Source of the DNA: Thalia democratica
Taxonomy: Eukaryota
Direction: 5' to 3'
Assembly: GCA_965202585.1 (NCBI GenBank)
Contig: OZ241832.1
Location: 10,106,001 to 10,170,000, forward strand
DNA: 64,000 nucleotides
Positions 14,247 to 26,189 of the stretch are shown here, piece after piece. The position numbers and the translations under genes are program-made. The first letter of the stretch is position 1, and every line of letters begins with the position of its first letter. The notes under the pieces are model-generated. The model was not told the origin of the DNA. It made no database searches and saw nothing but the letters and a program-made list of their open reading frames with translations.

Positions 14247-16017
14247 AATCAGTAATCGCTAAAAAATTAATCTGCTTTGGACTCACTATCAACATACGTT
14301 TTTACCTTGTGAAGGTAGAAAAAAAAGTTTAATGAAAAAATTCTATAATGTTATTGCATAATAAAATGATAAAATAGTAGTAAAATAGCTTTTATTTTTT
14401 AAAAGATACTAGTAACTGGTGCAGTTTTATTTAGAACTTATTTTAATTGATACTTTTTATTTTTACAATATATATACTTTTGAGATTTAGAGCCTTTACG
14501 TTAGTTAATTGATTTATTTAAACAACTCTAATATTTCTCGTATAAGTAACTTAAAATTTAGAGTATAATATTCTTATATACTATAGCTTCTTACGGGCAG
14601 AATAGGAGATAAGTAAAAGGATAAAATGTATATTACCTATTAGTAATTGGTTAAAGTTGTTAGTTTGTCTTAGTAATATAAAATGAGATGAATAATAGTA
14701 AAACATACTAGAAAATTGGTAAAAGCTTAATGAGCACTACGAAATAAACAAACGAAAGTCAAACATAAAGCAATTGATAATTTAATTTTAAAACCAAAAT
14801 ACAAGATAAATAAGATATAATTATTACTTTCTAATTGTTTAGTAGAAGTAATTTAAATCAAAAATCAATTAAAAAACAGAAAGTGTTTTTTTTTGTTATC
14901 AAGGTTAAAATAAAGAAGATAATGAATTAATATTTTACATTTTCATAAGTTACAATTGATGGGTGAACAAACAATTTTATCTTCATCGTAAAACGATTAT
15001 TACATAAATATTACAAAACTAATTTAAAATATCAAAAATCATATAAATAATAGTAAGTTATAAAACAATCAAACAAATATTAATAAATTTCTTATTTTGA
15101 TAAGATTGTTTCTCATAAAAATTTTTCATAATATAAATACTTAGATTAAAACTATTAAAACTTCTATTTGTTTGTATTGTATAAGATTTTATTATTTAAA
15201 ATAAGTTATAGAACAGTTTCGTTTTTCAGTTTTAAAGTTAATTAAAACTTTAAAAGACTTACTAATTCTCTTTTAGCCTAACCCTTAAAAATAAAACTAC
15301 TTTGATCATTTAATATTTTTAATATAGTTTAAAACGAACGACTTTTTTTTGTTGGTTTCTTTAGAATATAGAACTCAATTGGTTAAAATTCCCAAAAAGT
15401 CTTAACAATATTACAACTCATAGAAAACTGTTTGGAATTAAAGTTATTTTACACATTACTAAATTTATAAATTTACATTGTGTTTTTACACAGATTATTG
15501 AAGCTTGTTATTATGTTTTTTAAAAGTAACGTGGCTTTTGAGTGATAATTTATATTGATCACAAAATATTTATGATTCTTGACTTTTTTTTATCTAACGT
15601 CGGTTTAAAATGGATTTTTATAATTTGGTAAGCATGCAAATATTAAACCTTTTAATAACAATATTTTGTTAAGCCTTGAGGTTTGAACTAGATCACGAAG
15701 AAACGATTATAGAGTAAACTGTTAAATATATAATTAGTTTGTTTTGTCAGGCAATGACAGTATTAAATGATTTCCTTATTGTTGTTGGCAATATTTGTAT
15801 TCGTGAATAAAAAAAAATTAAATTTGTTTTCTAGTTTTTACTTGATAAAAATTTATCAAAACAGTTTTTACAAATAACATTTTTTTACAACTAAAAAATA
15901 AGTATAATTTTATATACAGTACACAAATAATGTGTACTTGTAACATACAAGTGTGTATAAATAATTTAAAACGTGGTCTTAAAGGCAGATAGATCTCTTT
16001 ACTGAATTTAATCAATT

Positions 16018-16136
16018 AGAGCTGCAACAAAGTTGCTAGAAATTACAATTTAAAGATTAAGCATACATCCTGAACGTCATAATCAATTTTATTTTACATT
16101 TTAAAGAAACATGTTGTAGTATAACGATTTGTCGTA
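16018..16136 (-). repeat. Cassette copy
   Basis: AGAGCT-N7-AGTTGC ... ACATGTTGTAG ... GTCGTAAGC; spacing 100. Confidence 0.7.
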
Positions 16137-17840
16137 AGCGACTAAGCAGTATAAAGTTTATATCAATTAGTAACTGTTGGTTAAAGAAACTTTTTTTTCT
16201 TAGTTTTCCATTTAAAAAGATTACAGTTTTATTAAAGTACAACTGAAACTTATATAAACAAATAATAATTTATTTTTTTTTAACTAAAATTACAATAACA
16301 TTTTTTTAATTTGGTAGCTACTAATAAATTATTGGTAAATAGTTTATACATTCGTCCGAAGGAATCTTTACTGAGTTTAATGATGTTAAATTTCAATTTA
16401 TTGGTATATTTAAAAAATTCTACACGGTACGAGATTCAAAAACATAATTACTGTTTTTATATTTGTTAGATACACATTGATTCAACTTTATATAAATACG
16501 TTATATTTACATAAATCATTTCAACATCTATTTCAATACCTTAAAGTCTTATTTATAAATGAATCAAAAAACAAGTTTTACGACAAATCCTTAAGTTAAG
16601 GTAAGGTTGCTTTAAATAAAGTGTTTATTTGAAGCAAGTTAAGCTCAAAGTTAAAGATGATAAAATTGTCAGTATAAGAATATTGTTAATATAAGCATAT
16701 ATAATGTTTATTTATAATTCTGATACTCTAGTAATTATATATGCTTAATAATACTCACAGCAGTTTTTTGTTGCTAACGAACTTTAAACTACTAAGTAAA
16801 CAAAATTAACCAAACAAACAATATTTTTTTTTAATTTATTAAGTTTTTTATTTTATAATACAATAGTTGAATTCAAAGCTTAAAGATAAAAGAAACTTTT
16901 TTTAAATCATATTTATTTAAAACAGCTTTGCTACAGCTGGTAATAAGTGATAAAAATAAAAAGGATACTAGATTATAATTATTCACTGAAAGTATGTTTT
17001 TGATAGAAGTCTATGACTAACAAAATATTATACCTCTTCACTTAAATTGTAAATAGTCGAGCCATAGAGTAAGTTAAGCTGTTTGTTTTTTTTTAATTAA
17101 TAATTTTTTTGATTTAAGAAATACTTTATTAAAAAAAAAAGATAAGGTAGCATAAAATTAAAATACTTTTCATATAAACTTGGTATATAAACCTTATATA
17201 AACATATAAGGATACAACTCCGTATAAATATGCAAAAAGAAACACAAAAATTTGTTGGGAAAAATTAGACGTGTATTAAGTTTTAATGTTTTAATAGTTA
17301 TATATTACGAGCACTTAAAATAAAGCTCTTAATCTTTGTAATAAAAGATGTGTATTTAGTTTACTGCATAACAATAACATGTGGTAATCTTACTACTGCT
17401 TGAAAATATAAGATTTATTTAAAATTTAATAAAACAAATAATTTGATTTTAATATTTAAAATTTGTTTTGTAAATAAAACTTGTTAGTACTGGTTAATTG
17501 CTAAATAAATTAGGTAAATGTTAAGTAATTTATATAAAGTTGTACCAATATTTAATTTAAGAAACTAAAAATATAATGTTGAACTATCAATTATACATTT
17601 AACTATATTATCTAAATATAACAATCTAAAATTTTTGTCAATAATAAAAATAATTTAGTATTCTATTTTAAGTGTAGATAACTCTTTAGTTGATTAGCGA
17701 ACTCTTAAAATAACATTAGTGTGTACAAGTATCCCTCGATACCCTATTTAAGTTATAAAATAATAGTTTGATCGAAAAATTAAAACACATTTTAAACTAC
17801 ATATTATTGATCATTTTAAACTTGAAGTTTGTCAATTTCC

Positions 17841-17956
17841 TACGTCACATTATAAAATCACAACTCGTTGATTCAACGTGCTGGATATAAACCGACTGTG
17901 AAGTCTCTTCATACTTACACTTGATTGGTAGTTTAAAACAGCTGTAACTCAGCTGT
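17841..17956 (+). repeat. Cassette copy
   Basis: TACGTCACATTATAAAATCACAAC ... ATATAAACCGAC ... ACAGCT-GTAACTC-AGCTGT; spacing 97. Confidence 0.9.
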
Positions 17957-18894
17957 AGTTTAATCAAATAAATATTTTCTGTTGTGCAAGGGCCATTATA
18001 ATACAGTTCTGAATATAGCAAATTTGGAGTGATTAATACATCAAACAACTATCTTGAACTCAAACATTTATTTCTATGCCGAGGTGTTTAAATTTTACTG
18101 CTGGTTTTGAAATTAATTTAAATGTTAACAAAAAAATGTTCAGTAAACTTGACATTTAGTAAAATAGTTTGCTAAATGTAAAAGAACAAGCTCTGCTAAC
18201 AGACATTTATTTTAAGCGTTAAGTTATATGAACATCTAAGTTGAAAGATATTCATTCTGTCAAACATCTAGAATTTAATGAAAATTTTTTATGTATATAA
18301 CTTTTAATAAAGTTTAAAAGTTTTCAGTACGGACGGATTTTTTCAATTATGTAATATTTAATATACTAAAAAAATGTTCTGATGTCAATTACTTTTGGTC
18401 TTACTGTTAATATTTTTCGCTTACATACACTGTATGACCCCCTTTGGTTTCTTTATCAATAAGTTTTAGCTTAAAATAATAATAAAATAAAACTTAAGAC
18501 AAAAAGGATTTAAACAGTGTTAATAAACTTAATTTTATAGACTGGTTATCTTAAATCATAATGCAATAAAAAATAACTACATGTAATAGTTTTAGAAATT
18601 TTTTTGTCATACCATTTTGAAAACACCATAAAAAGTTTTTTATTATCAACTAAGTTTTTGTGAACGTAGCTTTTTTTTTTTTTCAGCAAGAGACTCGTTT
18701 TTTTGTTAGCTTTTAATATTAATTATAATAAAATAAAAATGTAATTATTTATCAACACGAAAAATACAGTGTTCAATTTTTTCTACGAAGATTACAGTAT
18801 AATACGTAAATTTTATTTATTAACTTATACTGTATTTACATAACAAGTAGATTAACTCTTTATTATTATTATATTAACTCTTCCAGCTATTAAA

Positions 18895-19020
18895 ATATTC
18901 GGAATCGGATTAGGTCGGATTCAAATTTCAAAATTGAGATTTGGATGCGGCAGAATAGTAATTTGAAAATATGATATGGATTCGGTTGAAACCAAAAATT
19001 TTAGATTCGATAGGTTGCTA
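18895..19020. mobile_element. MITE-like fragment with CGGAT/TCGG subrepeats
   Basis: GC-enriched ATTCGGAATCGGATTAGGTCGGATTC...GGATTCGG; a similar repeat sits inside the hAT at ~10030-10190. Confidence 0.4.
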
Positions 19021-19663
19021 CTTTAAAGTTAACAAACATTTATTTATTAAAAGTTAAAAAGTATCAGTAGACATAAGTCTTTTACATTTATGTTTCAATC
19101 ATTGGTATGTAAATTCAATTGTAAATTTGTTTTAAAATGTCAATTTAGATTTTTAATAGAGTTTTTTCTATTTATGTTGCAGTTGTTTGTAATGTTTATA
19201 TTTGCATTGTTCATTGTTTTCAGTTATCCAAATTTTAAATGACTTTTAAATCACTTTTTATTCCTATGTTATAATTATAAAGTATGCATATTCAAATTGC
19301 GCTGTACTGTAGTTTCTTGAAATAAACTAATCTTTACACGTTTATTTTAAAATTTGGGTTGGATATACAGTTCGTAAGCTCATAACTTATTTTCAAATCA
19401 CTTTAGTTTTTATTTTCAAATATACAAATTATTGTAAAAAACACTTTTATGTTACTAATTTAAGGTTGTTTTTGTTCGAATTTAAGGAAAATAAAAGCTT
19501 TATTTTAACACAGCATTTTTCGGCTAATACGCGCGTACCATACTGGCTATTGGTACCTAGCAGGACGTACCTAGGTGGCAGAATACTGTAAATAATATAT
19601 AAATATAGGTTTTTTAAATAAAATAAACATTTATAACTAAGACAAATCGATTTTTCACATGAT

Positions 19664-19775
19664 TACGTCAAAACTTTATCTCACAACTAGTAGCTGCGTA
19701 ATAAATAAAGATAATTTAACAATAACTATTGTCCAGACAGTGAATTGTAAATTGAAGCAGCTTTGTTAGAGCTGA
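19664..19775 (+). repeat. Cassette copy
   Basis: TTACGTCA...TCACAACTAGTAGCT ... GCAGCT-N7-AGCTGA; spacing 93. Confidence 0.7.
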
Positions 19776-20922
19776 AATACTTTATGAATACTTTAAAACT
19801 ATATCTAGTTAGATAGTGAACTACTGAAAGTATGTATATAGTAGAGGTCTTAGACAAACAAAATCTTTCATCTTACAATTAAACTGTTAAAGTCAATCAA
19901 TATAATAAATTAGTTTATTTTAAGTATTAAAGTTAACACTTTCTTTAGGCTTAAAAAAAGATATATCCGAAAAATTAGCTTTTTAGCACAAAATTAATAT
20001 ATTTTTTTAAAGTAATAAGCAATAAACTTTTATAACTATACTAATTTACATTTTCGTATAGTTTTTGAAGTAGAAAATTATAAAACTTTGTAATTTACAA
20101 AACTGAACATTTAAAATCAGAACTTATTATTTGTATTAATAAATTACATTCCTTGTATAAAACAACTAATTGTGGTTTAAAAACATTTATTTTACATTCA
20201 AGCTTTAAACTTAACTAGTTGTACTATAAAATACAAAGCTTTATAAAATGAAATTATTTAGTTGTTTGTTTAGTTATTCTGATTTACTTGGTGGTTTAAA
20301 GTTCGTTAGCAACAAAAAATTGTTGTGAATACTTAAATGCATATTCAATTACAATAGTATACAAACTATAAACCATCAGTTAGTATGCTTACATTACCAG
20401 TACTCTTATACTTACAATACTATTACTTAAAATTTCAAGCTTAATTTGCTACAAAATAACCATAGCTGTTAACTTTAAGATTTAAGCTTTTGATTTATAT
20501 CTTAAGTTTAAAATAAAATAGGTATTGATAGACTAGTTAAATAAGGTTGATTTTACGTATTTATGTAAAGTTGAAACAAAGATTATAAAAACCACTAAAT
20601 ACCCAAGAAAAGAAAAGACATTAAATATATATTTTATCTAAAAACAATTCCGATTTTTCAAATATACTATCAAGTTAACATTCAACACAATAAAACTCAG
20701 TGAAGATTCCCGAAGTATATAGAATTTATTTATTAAAGATTTGTAGGCACTATTAGCTTCTAAAATTTACTTTTGTTTTGTTTAGCAATAACTTGTCTTT
20801 ACAAGTTGACGTCTGTACCTTATTAAAATTGTATAAATTTTTCAAATGAAAACTTACAAAACAGAATAGTTTCTATCACAAGAAATTACTATTTTATGAA
20901 AACTTTAGATCTCTCAGTTGCC

Positions 20923-21042
20923 TACACCACATTATAATACTACAACATGTTACTTCAAAAAGTTATATTAAAATCGAGTTTGATTCAAAGAATGTATTCC
21001 TTTTCTGTTAATTCTAGTTTTCAGTAGCTTTCTTGTAGCTGT
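20923..21042 (+). repeat. Cassette copy
   Basis: TACACCACATTATAATACTACAACATGTTACTTC ... GTAGCT-N7-AGCTGT; spacing 101. Confidence 0.82.
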
Positions 21043-21315
21043 AATAAACTATTTAAAAACAAATTGAAATTCATTTAAAAACTTTTTTAAAGTTATCTAT
21101 ATAACTTTCTTAGAAAAAGTATTTTGATCTTTACTAGTATTTCAAAATTCTACGGGTATATGTTAAAGCAAAAGTTTTAGAACATTATTTGTGTCCTCAA
21201 GTATACGTCTGTGCCCACTTCTAATTATAAAACATTTTTACAGAAACTCTAACAAACAATATGTTTTGTCTCTTCACAGTTACGAGTAAATATAACATTT
21301 ACACCTCTCACTTGT

Positions 21316-21432
21316 TAACATAACAACACACAACTATAATATGAAGTTTGAATATTTTTATCAAATCAAGTTTTATTACTCAAAATATTCTTCAAGCTAG
21401 TTCAGCAATACTAAACAATTTTTAGCAGCTAT
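21316..21432 (+). repeat. Cassette copy (degenerate)
   Basis: Inverted paralogue of the 62472 copy; ACAATT..AGCTAT. Confidence 0.55.
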
Positions 21433-21730
21433 AATTTTATAAAACAAAATGTTTGTTTTCTTTTTTGATTGACGCTTAATATTGTTCTAGAAGTACGAAT
21501 TCAGCAAACAGTAATATACAAACTGAAAACAACAATCTCCTCGATTCAGATAACTATTTAAATTTGTGCCAGTTTTTTTTGAACTTAATCTGAAGCTGTT
21601 TTTTTTTTAATTTAAATTTTATTAAGCTCATTGAAATGATGTATCTTATATGCAGTTACGTTTGTACTAAAATTATCTTTCATTTGTTGATGTAACACAA
21701 CATGTAGGTACAACGAATAACATATAAACT

Positions 21731-21849
21731 TAGGTGACAATACACAACTGTAATATGTTGTTTTAATATTTTATATATAAATCGAGTTTTATTATAAAAC
21801 ACTTATCTAGGCTAGTTTAGTAATTAAAAACAAGCTTTCAGCAGCCGTT
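21731..21849 (+). repeat. Cassette copy (degenerate)
   Basis: Inverted paralogue of the 62059 copy; ATATATAAATCGAG ... CAAGCT..AGCCGT. Confidence 0.5.
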
Positions 21850-22111
21850 ATTTACTAAACAATGTCCAATTTATTTGCCATTTCATTGACGCTTAATGCT
21901 ATACTAGAAATATTAATTTAGCAAACAATTTTATACAAATCGAAAACAACAACCTCCTCGAATCTATTAACTTTTTTTATTGAACCAGCTTTTTTTATAA
22001 TTTAGTATAAATTTATAGTTGTTTATAAAATTTAAACTATAGGAAGTTTACTAAAATGATAAATTTTATGAGCAGTTAGTTACATTTGTATAAAATTTAT
22101 CTCTCATTTGT

Positions 22112-22228
22112 TATCTAATATTATAAAACCACAACATGTAGCTACAACAAATAGTATAAAAATTGAAGAGTTGTGAAAATTGTTAACTATTTACATTTTT
22201 AAAAGTTAAACAGCTTTCTAGTAGCTGT
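22112..22228 (+). repeat. Cassette copy
   Basis: ATTATAAAACCACAACATGTAGCT ... perfect ACAGCTTTCTAGTAGCTGT; spacing 98. Confidence 0.85.
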
Positions 22229-23118
22229 AATTTAATCATTTAAAATTTATGCTATCTTTGCATTAAAGCAGGCTTACAAGCAGTCAAATACGAATTCTAC
22301 TTACGAATGAAAATATTTTAGTCGCTATATATTTAAACAAACTCATAGGCAGAGGATCAAACTTAAAAATTTGTGTAATAAATGTTTTACATTGTAAAAA
22401 AAATATTTTAACATAGAATAATTAGTTTATAAAAATCATAAGTATAAAATAATTAACGGCTTATATATTTAAAATTTGTGCTTAAAACATCGATTTCTGA
22501 AATTATTAGTATATTTATATTTGATGTGGTATGATGTGATAAAAAAACAAATACGTATAAAAGTTTCATCAATACTTTTTATTTAGAAGTTACCAAAAGT
22601 TTCATCGTTTTTTGCTTATTTTCTACATAAAACTTATTTTCATTATGGTTTATATAATTACTGAAAATGAATCAGTTTAATTTACAAAAGAAAGTTTAAT
22701 TGATGCGCTTACGAAAATATTAAAAAACAATGGTATACCTATGTATATATAAAAAAATAAACATCTTTAACAAGTTTATAATGTAGATACTTAACAAATA
22801 AGTTACTATAATTAACAAGAAAATAACAACATTATTAAAAAAATTGTATTGTTCAAATTGAATAAAGGCATAAATCAATGGAATTTAAAATTAAAATTTT
22901 AAATAAGGTTTGTTTTGAAGTATTAACACAATAAACATATTAATAAAGTTATCCTGGTTGTCAAAACTCAGTTTTTTGCATAAAAAACAAAGTTTTCTAA
23001 TATTAAAAAATTTACAAATATTAATACATACATACTCATCAAGAAATTATTTTAAAAGTAAAATAAAATAGTCTCTCTCAATAGAAGTCACTATCGAAAA
23101 TGACGTTTCTTTATTAAC

Positions 23119-23235
23119 TACTTTACATCATAAAACCGCAACATGCAACTTTAACTTTTAGTTTATATTCGAGTATATTAAAAGTATAGTAATTTTTAAG
23201 TTTCAAACAGTTTTAAACAGCTTTCTAGTGCAGAA
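23119..23235 (+). repeat. Cassette copy (second half-site lost)
   Basis: CATCATAAAACCGCAACATGCAACTT ... ACAGCTTTCTAGT followed by TE-like GC sequence; spacing 98. Confidence 0.7.
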
Positions 23236-23558
23236 GTCGACAGGCAGTTAGTGGTCGCGGGCAAAATTTTAAGTTTACAAAGTCTTCCCGGGCCGCAGTT
23301 TTAGTTTTAGTGGCATTTGATAACTTTTTGGTTTTAATTTAAGTCACACTAGAGAAAAGTTTTATTTTAATTCACCTTATTATTTTAAATGAATTTTAGC
23401 TATACATAGATTGCCAACTTGAATTAATAGTTATTAGAATACAATTTACATTGAAAAACATACTTAAGTGTTAATAAACTATGTACTTTCATAAGCACTT
23501 AGTAAGTTAAACTTAATACTTTCATAATTTTACTTACAACCTAACTCTCTATAAAATC

Positions 23559-23737
23559 TGGTGATGTACCGGACCCGGATCTGGACTTTTTTTTCTAATT
23601 AGAATCCGGCCGGAACGAAATACGGACTTTTTTTTTTCAAATTACAATCCGGCCGGAATGTCAAAATCCTGATCCGGATATTAGACAAAAATGGCAATAT
23701 CCGGCCGGACCCGGATAGTGAGTCCGGTACATCACAA
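23559..23737. mobile_element. hAT-type MITE
   Basis: TIR GTGATGTACCGGA/TCCGGTACATCAC; internal ATCCGGCCGGA repeats; 7/8 TSD ATAAAATC/ATAAAAAC. Confidence 0.85.
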
Positions 23738-24140
23738 ATAAAAACTAGCCTGAGTCAGAATGAGGTTTTAAAAAACTGAAAAAAAAAGAACTTTAATCTA
23801 ATAATAAGTTAAACAGCTAGCCACAAGGTTTACAAATATAGGTGTTATTTACAATTAAAAATCTAAAATCAAGTTCTTGAGCAAAATACACTAGAAAATT
23901 ACAGAATATTGAAAACTGGATCAGTTCAAACTCATTCAAAATCTAAAAGAAAACTAGCCTGAGTTTTTATAAAAAAACTATACTAGGCTGAGGCAGTCCA
24001 AGATTTTTTTAAATTCGAAAAAATTTTCAAACTAGCAGGGTTGCCACTGTTTTAGTCAATAAAACTAGCTAGAGTGAGTATAAACAAGCCTAAGTCAGAA
24101 TGTGGTTTTTAAAAACTGAAAAAGTTACTTTAATCTAATA
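23738..24140. mobile_element. Fragments of a second hAT-like family (CAGGGTTGCCA end; AAAACTAGCCTGAG repeats)
   Basis: Duplicated ~80-bp block (23741 and ~24080); terminus CAGGGTTGCCA at 24036; related ends at 8678, ~36765 and 52179. Confidence 0.5.
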
Positions 24141-25026
24141 ATCAGTAGAACAGCTAGCAAAGGTTGAAAATTTAGTAGTAAAGTTGTGGACTGATTGTGG
24201 TACACTTAACTTATTAGTACTACCCATCGTAATTAAATCCTACCTTGTTAAATTAATATCTAACAAATACTAAATTCTAACTGAGACTACTTTCTATAAT
24301 CAGACACGACAGTTTTGAGTGATAAATCTTTAATATAAAACACAAAAAAAAATACTAACATATACAAAATTATTAATTACTTTGGTAACACTTTAAAAAC
24401 TCGAAGCTATTAAATCTATATCAAAAGACTTAAAACAATAAACTAAAAATTAAATAAAACTTTTAGTAAAAAAGAAACTGTAAAATTTTTAATAAACTAT
24501 CAAACTATAAACCTGGCTTAAACATTTAAACAATTAAACACCAGTTGAAATATTCACTTTTAAAACAAAACACTACTTACAATAAGCACTCACAAAAAAG
24601 TTCAAGATATTTTGTTGCTTCAAGCTGCACACCAAACTAACTAACTGCTTAAATACATATAAACTGTCTGTCATTTTCTGATGTTTTGTTGCATCAGTAT
24701 TTAGTTTGAAACATTTCGTCATATGATTCTCATTGGCTCGTACATTCAACCGTATTAATTCTAAATATTCTCTGAGCTCAACTTTAAACAATAAATAATG
24801 CAAGTATGCATTCCAAAGTTTTTAATTTTACAACATATGTAAAGAGTTGCATTTCTGAAATGTTTATTTTATAGTTTAAATGTAAACAAAGGTGAATTAG
24901 TCGCGTGTACAAAATGAGCCAATCATGGTAGGTGTTTAATTTTAACGGACGAAAATGATTCTTATTAATTTACAGAGGGTTTGTTTTTGAAAAAATACTT
25001 TTTAGCATTCTCTTCTTTAATAACTA

Positions 25027-25133
25027 GATCCGGGTCCGATTTTTTTTTCAAATTAGAATCTGGCCGGATCCGGATATCAGACAAAAATGGCAATATCCGG
25101 CCGGACCCGGATAGTAAGTCCGGTAAATCACTA
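25027..25133. mobile_element. Truncated copy of the 23559 MITE
   Basis: Near-identical right half ending CCGGTAAATCACTA. Confidence 0.85.
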
Positions 25134-25220
25134 CTTGTTAACAACCTGGGTAAAATTAATTACTTGTTCTTTTGTTAACAGCAGTTATCAATATATACTA
25201 ACTTGACATCTCTCTACTGC

Positions 25221-25339
25221 TAAATTCATTTTATAAAATACAAGATAAGGCTTCAGTGTGTTTTTTATAAACAAAAGTGTTATGAGCATTCAGTAACTAC
25301 AAATTATTTACAAAACTAAAACAGCTTTCTAGTAGCTTT
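25221..25339 (+). repeat. Cassette copy
   Basis: TCATTTTATAAAATACAAGATAAGGCTTC ... ACAGCTTTCTAGTAGCTTT; spacing ~100. Confidence 0.72.
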
Positions 25340-26071
25340 TATTTTCCTTAAACTTATATATAACAAAAAACAACAATACACAACATAAAAAAAAACTTAA
25401 TAGAACAGGAAAATATTTGTTTTTTATTGTTTTTTTTACTAGGTAATGTTAAACTTGTTAGCAATCGATGTTTAAAAACTAAACTTATGTACATAAATAA
25501 GTTATCTAAATTATAATCGAGAATAAAAAAAAATATACATTTGCTTTAAAAATCTGTTTTTTTAACCTGTTATTATTTTTAATTAAATTTGTACGCTTAA
25601 TTTGCTTCATAACAAAATGTTTGATAACTCCATTACTGCATCAAAAAAAAGAGTTCCATATGAAAATTTATCTAAAAAACTTTATTTCGAGGTTTTTCAG
25701 TTTTTTATTTGTAAATAAAACAAATTAGTTTTGATAGAGTTCTTAAAATTAATTATAAGACATTACGTAATTATTTCAAGTTTTGTTAATTATTGAATAG
25801 GAAATAAAATAATTAACCACCAATTTTTAATATTAAAAGGATATTAAACTATTTAAAGATGTTATTAAAGTAATGTAAAACATAATAAAACACAATAAAA
25901 ACTTTTTTAAAGTATAAATTAATCACTTTTTTTGAGTTTTTATGTCATTAATATCCATTTAAACGTTGACTATTTTGAGAATCAAAAATTATAATGTTTT
26001 GTTCAATACTAGTTTAACAAAAGAATTTCCTGAACATCAGTTACTGATCTATTCAATTTTTTAAAACTGTT

Positions 26072-26189
26072 TACGTCATATTATAAATTTACAACATCTA
26101 GCTTCAAAGCTTTGTATATAAATCGAGTGTAAATCTATTTAATATGTTAATTTGTATTTTCTTATTTTTAACAGCTTTCTGGTAGCTGT
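26072..26189 (+). repeat. Cassette copy (near consensus)
   Basis: TTACGTCATATTATAAATTTACAACATCTAGCTTC..TTTGTATATAAATCGAGTGT ... ACAGCTTTCTGGTAGCTGT; spacing 99. Confidence 0.92.

Larger units (their letters stand above)
19915..22150. repeat. Inverted segmental duplication, arm 1 (partner ~61740-64000)
   Basis: 19920 TAAGTATTAAAGTTAACAC..AGGCTTAAAAAAAGATATATCCGAAAA matches the reverse complement of the window end; colinear for ~2.2 kb. Confidence 0.9.

Noticed and set aside
17845-17860. Recurrent ...CDFIM-TGA as selenocysteine read-through
   Set aside because: The TGA is part of the conserved TGACGT DNA motif; there is no maintained ORF and no SECIS was seen.
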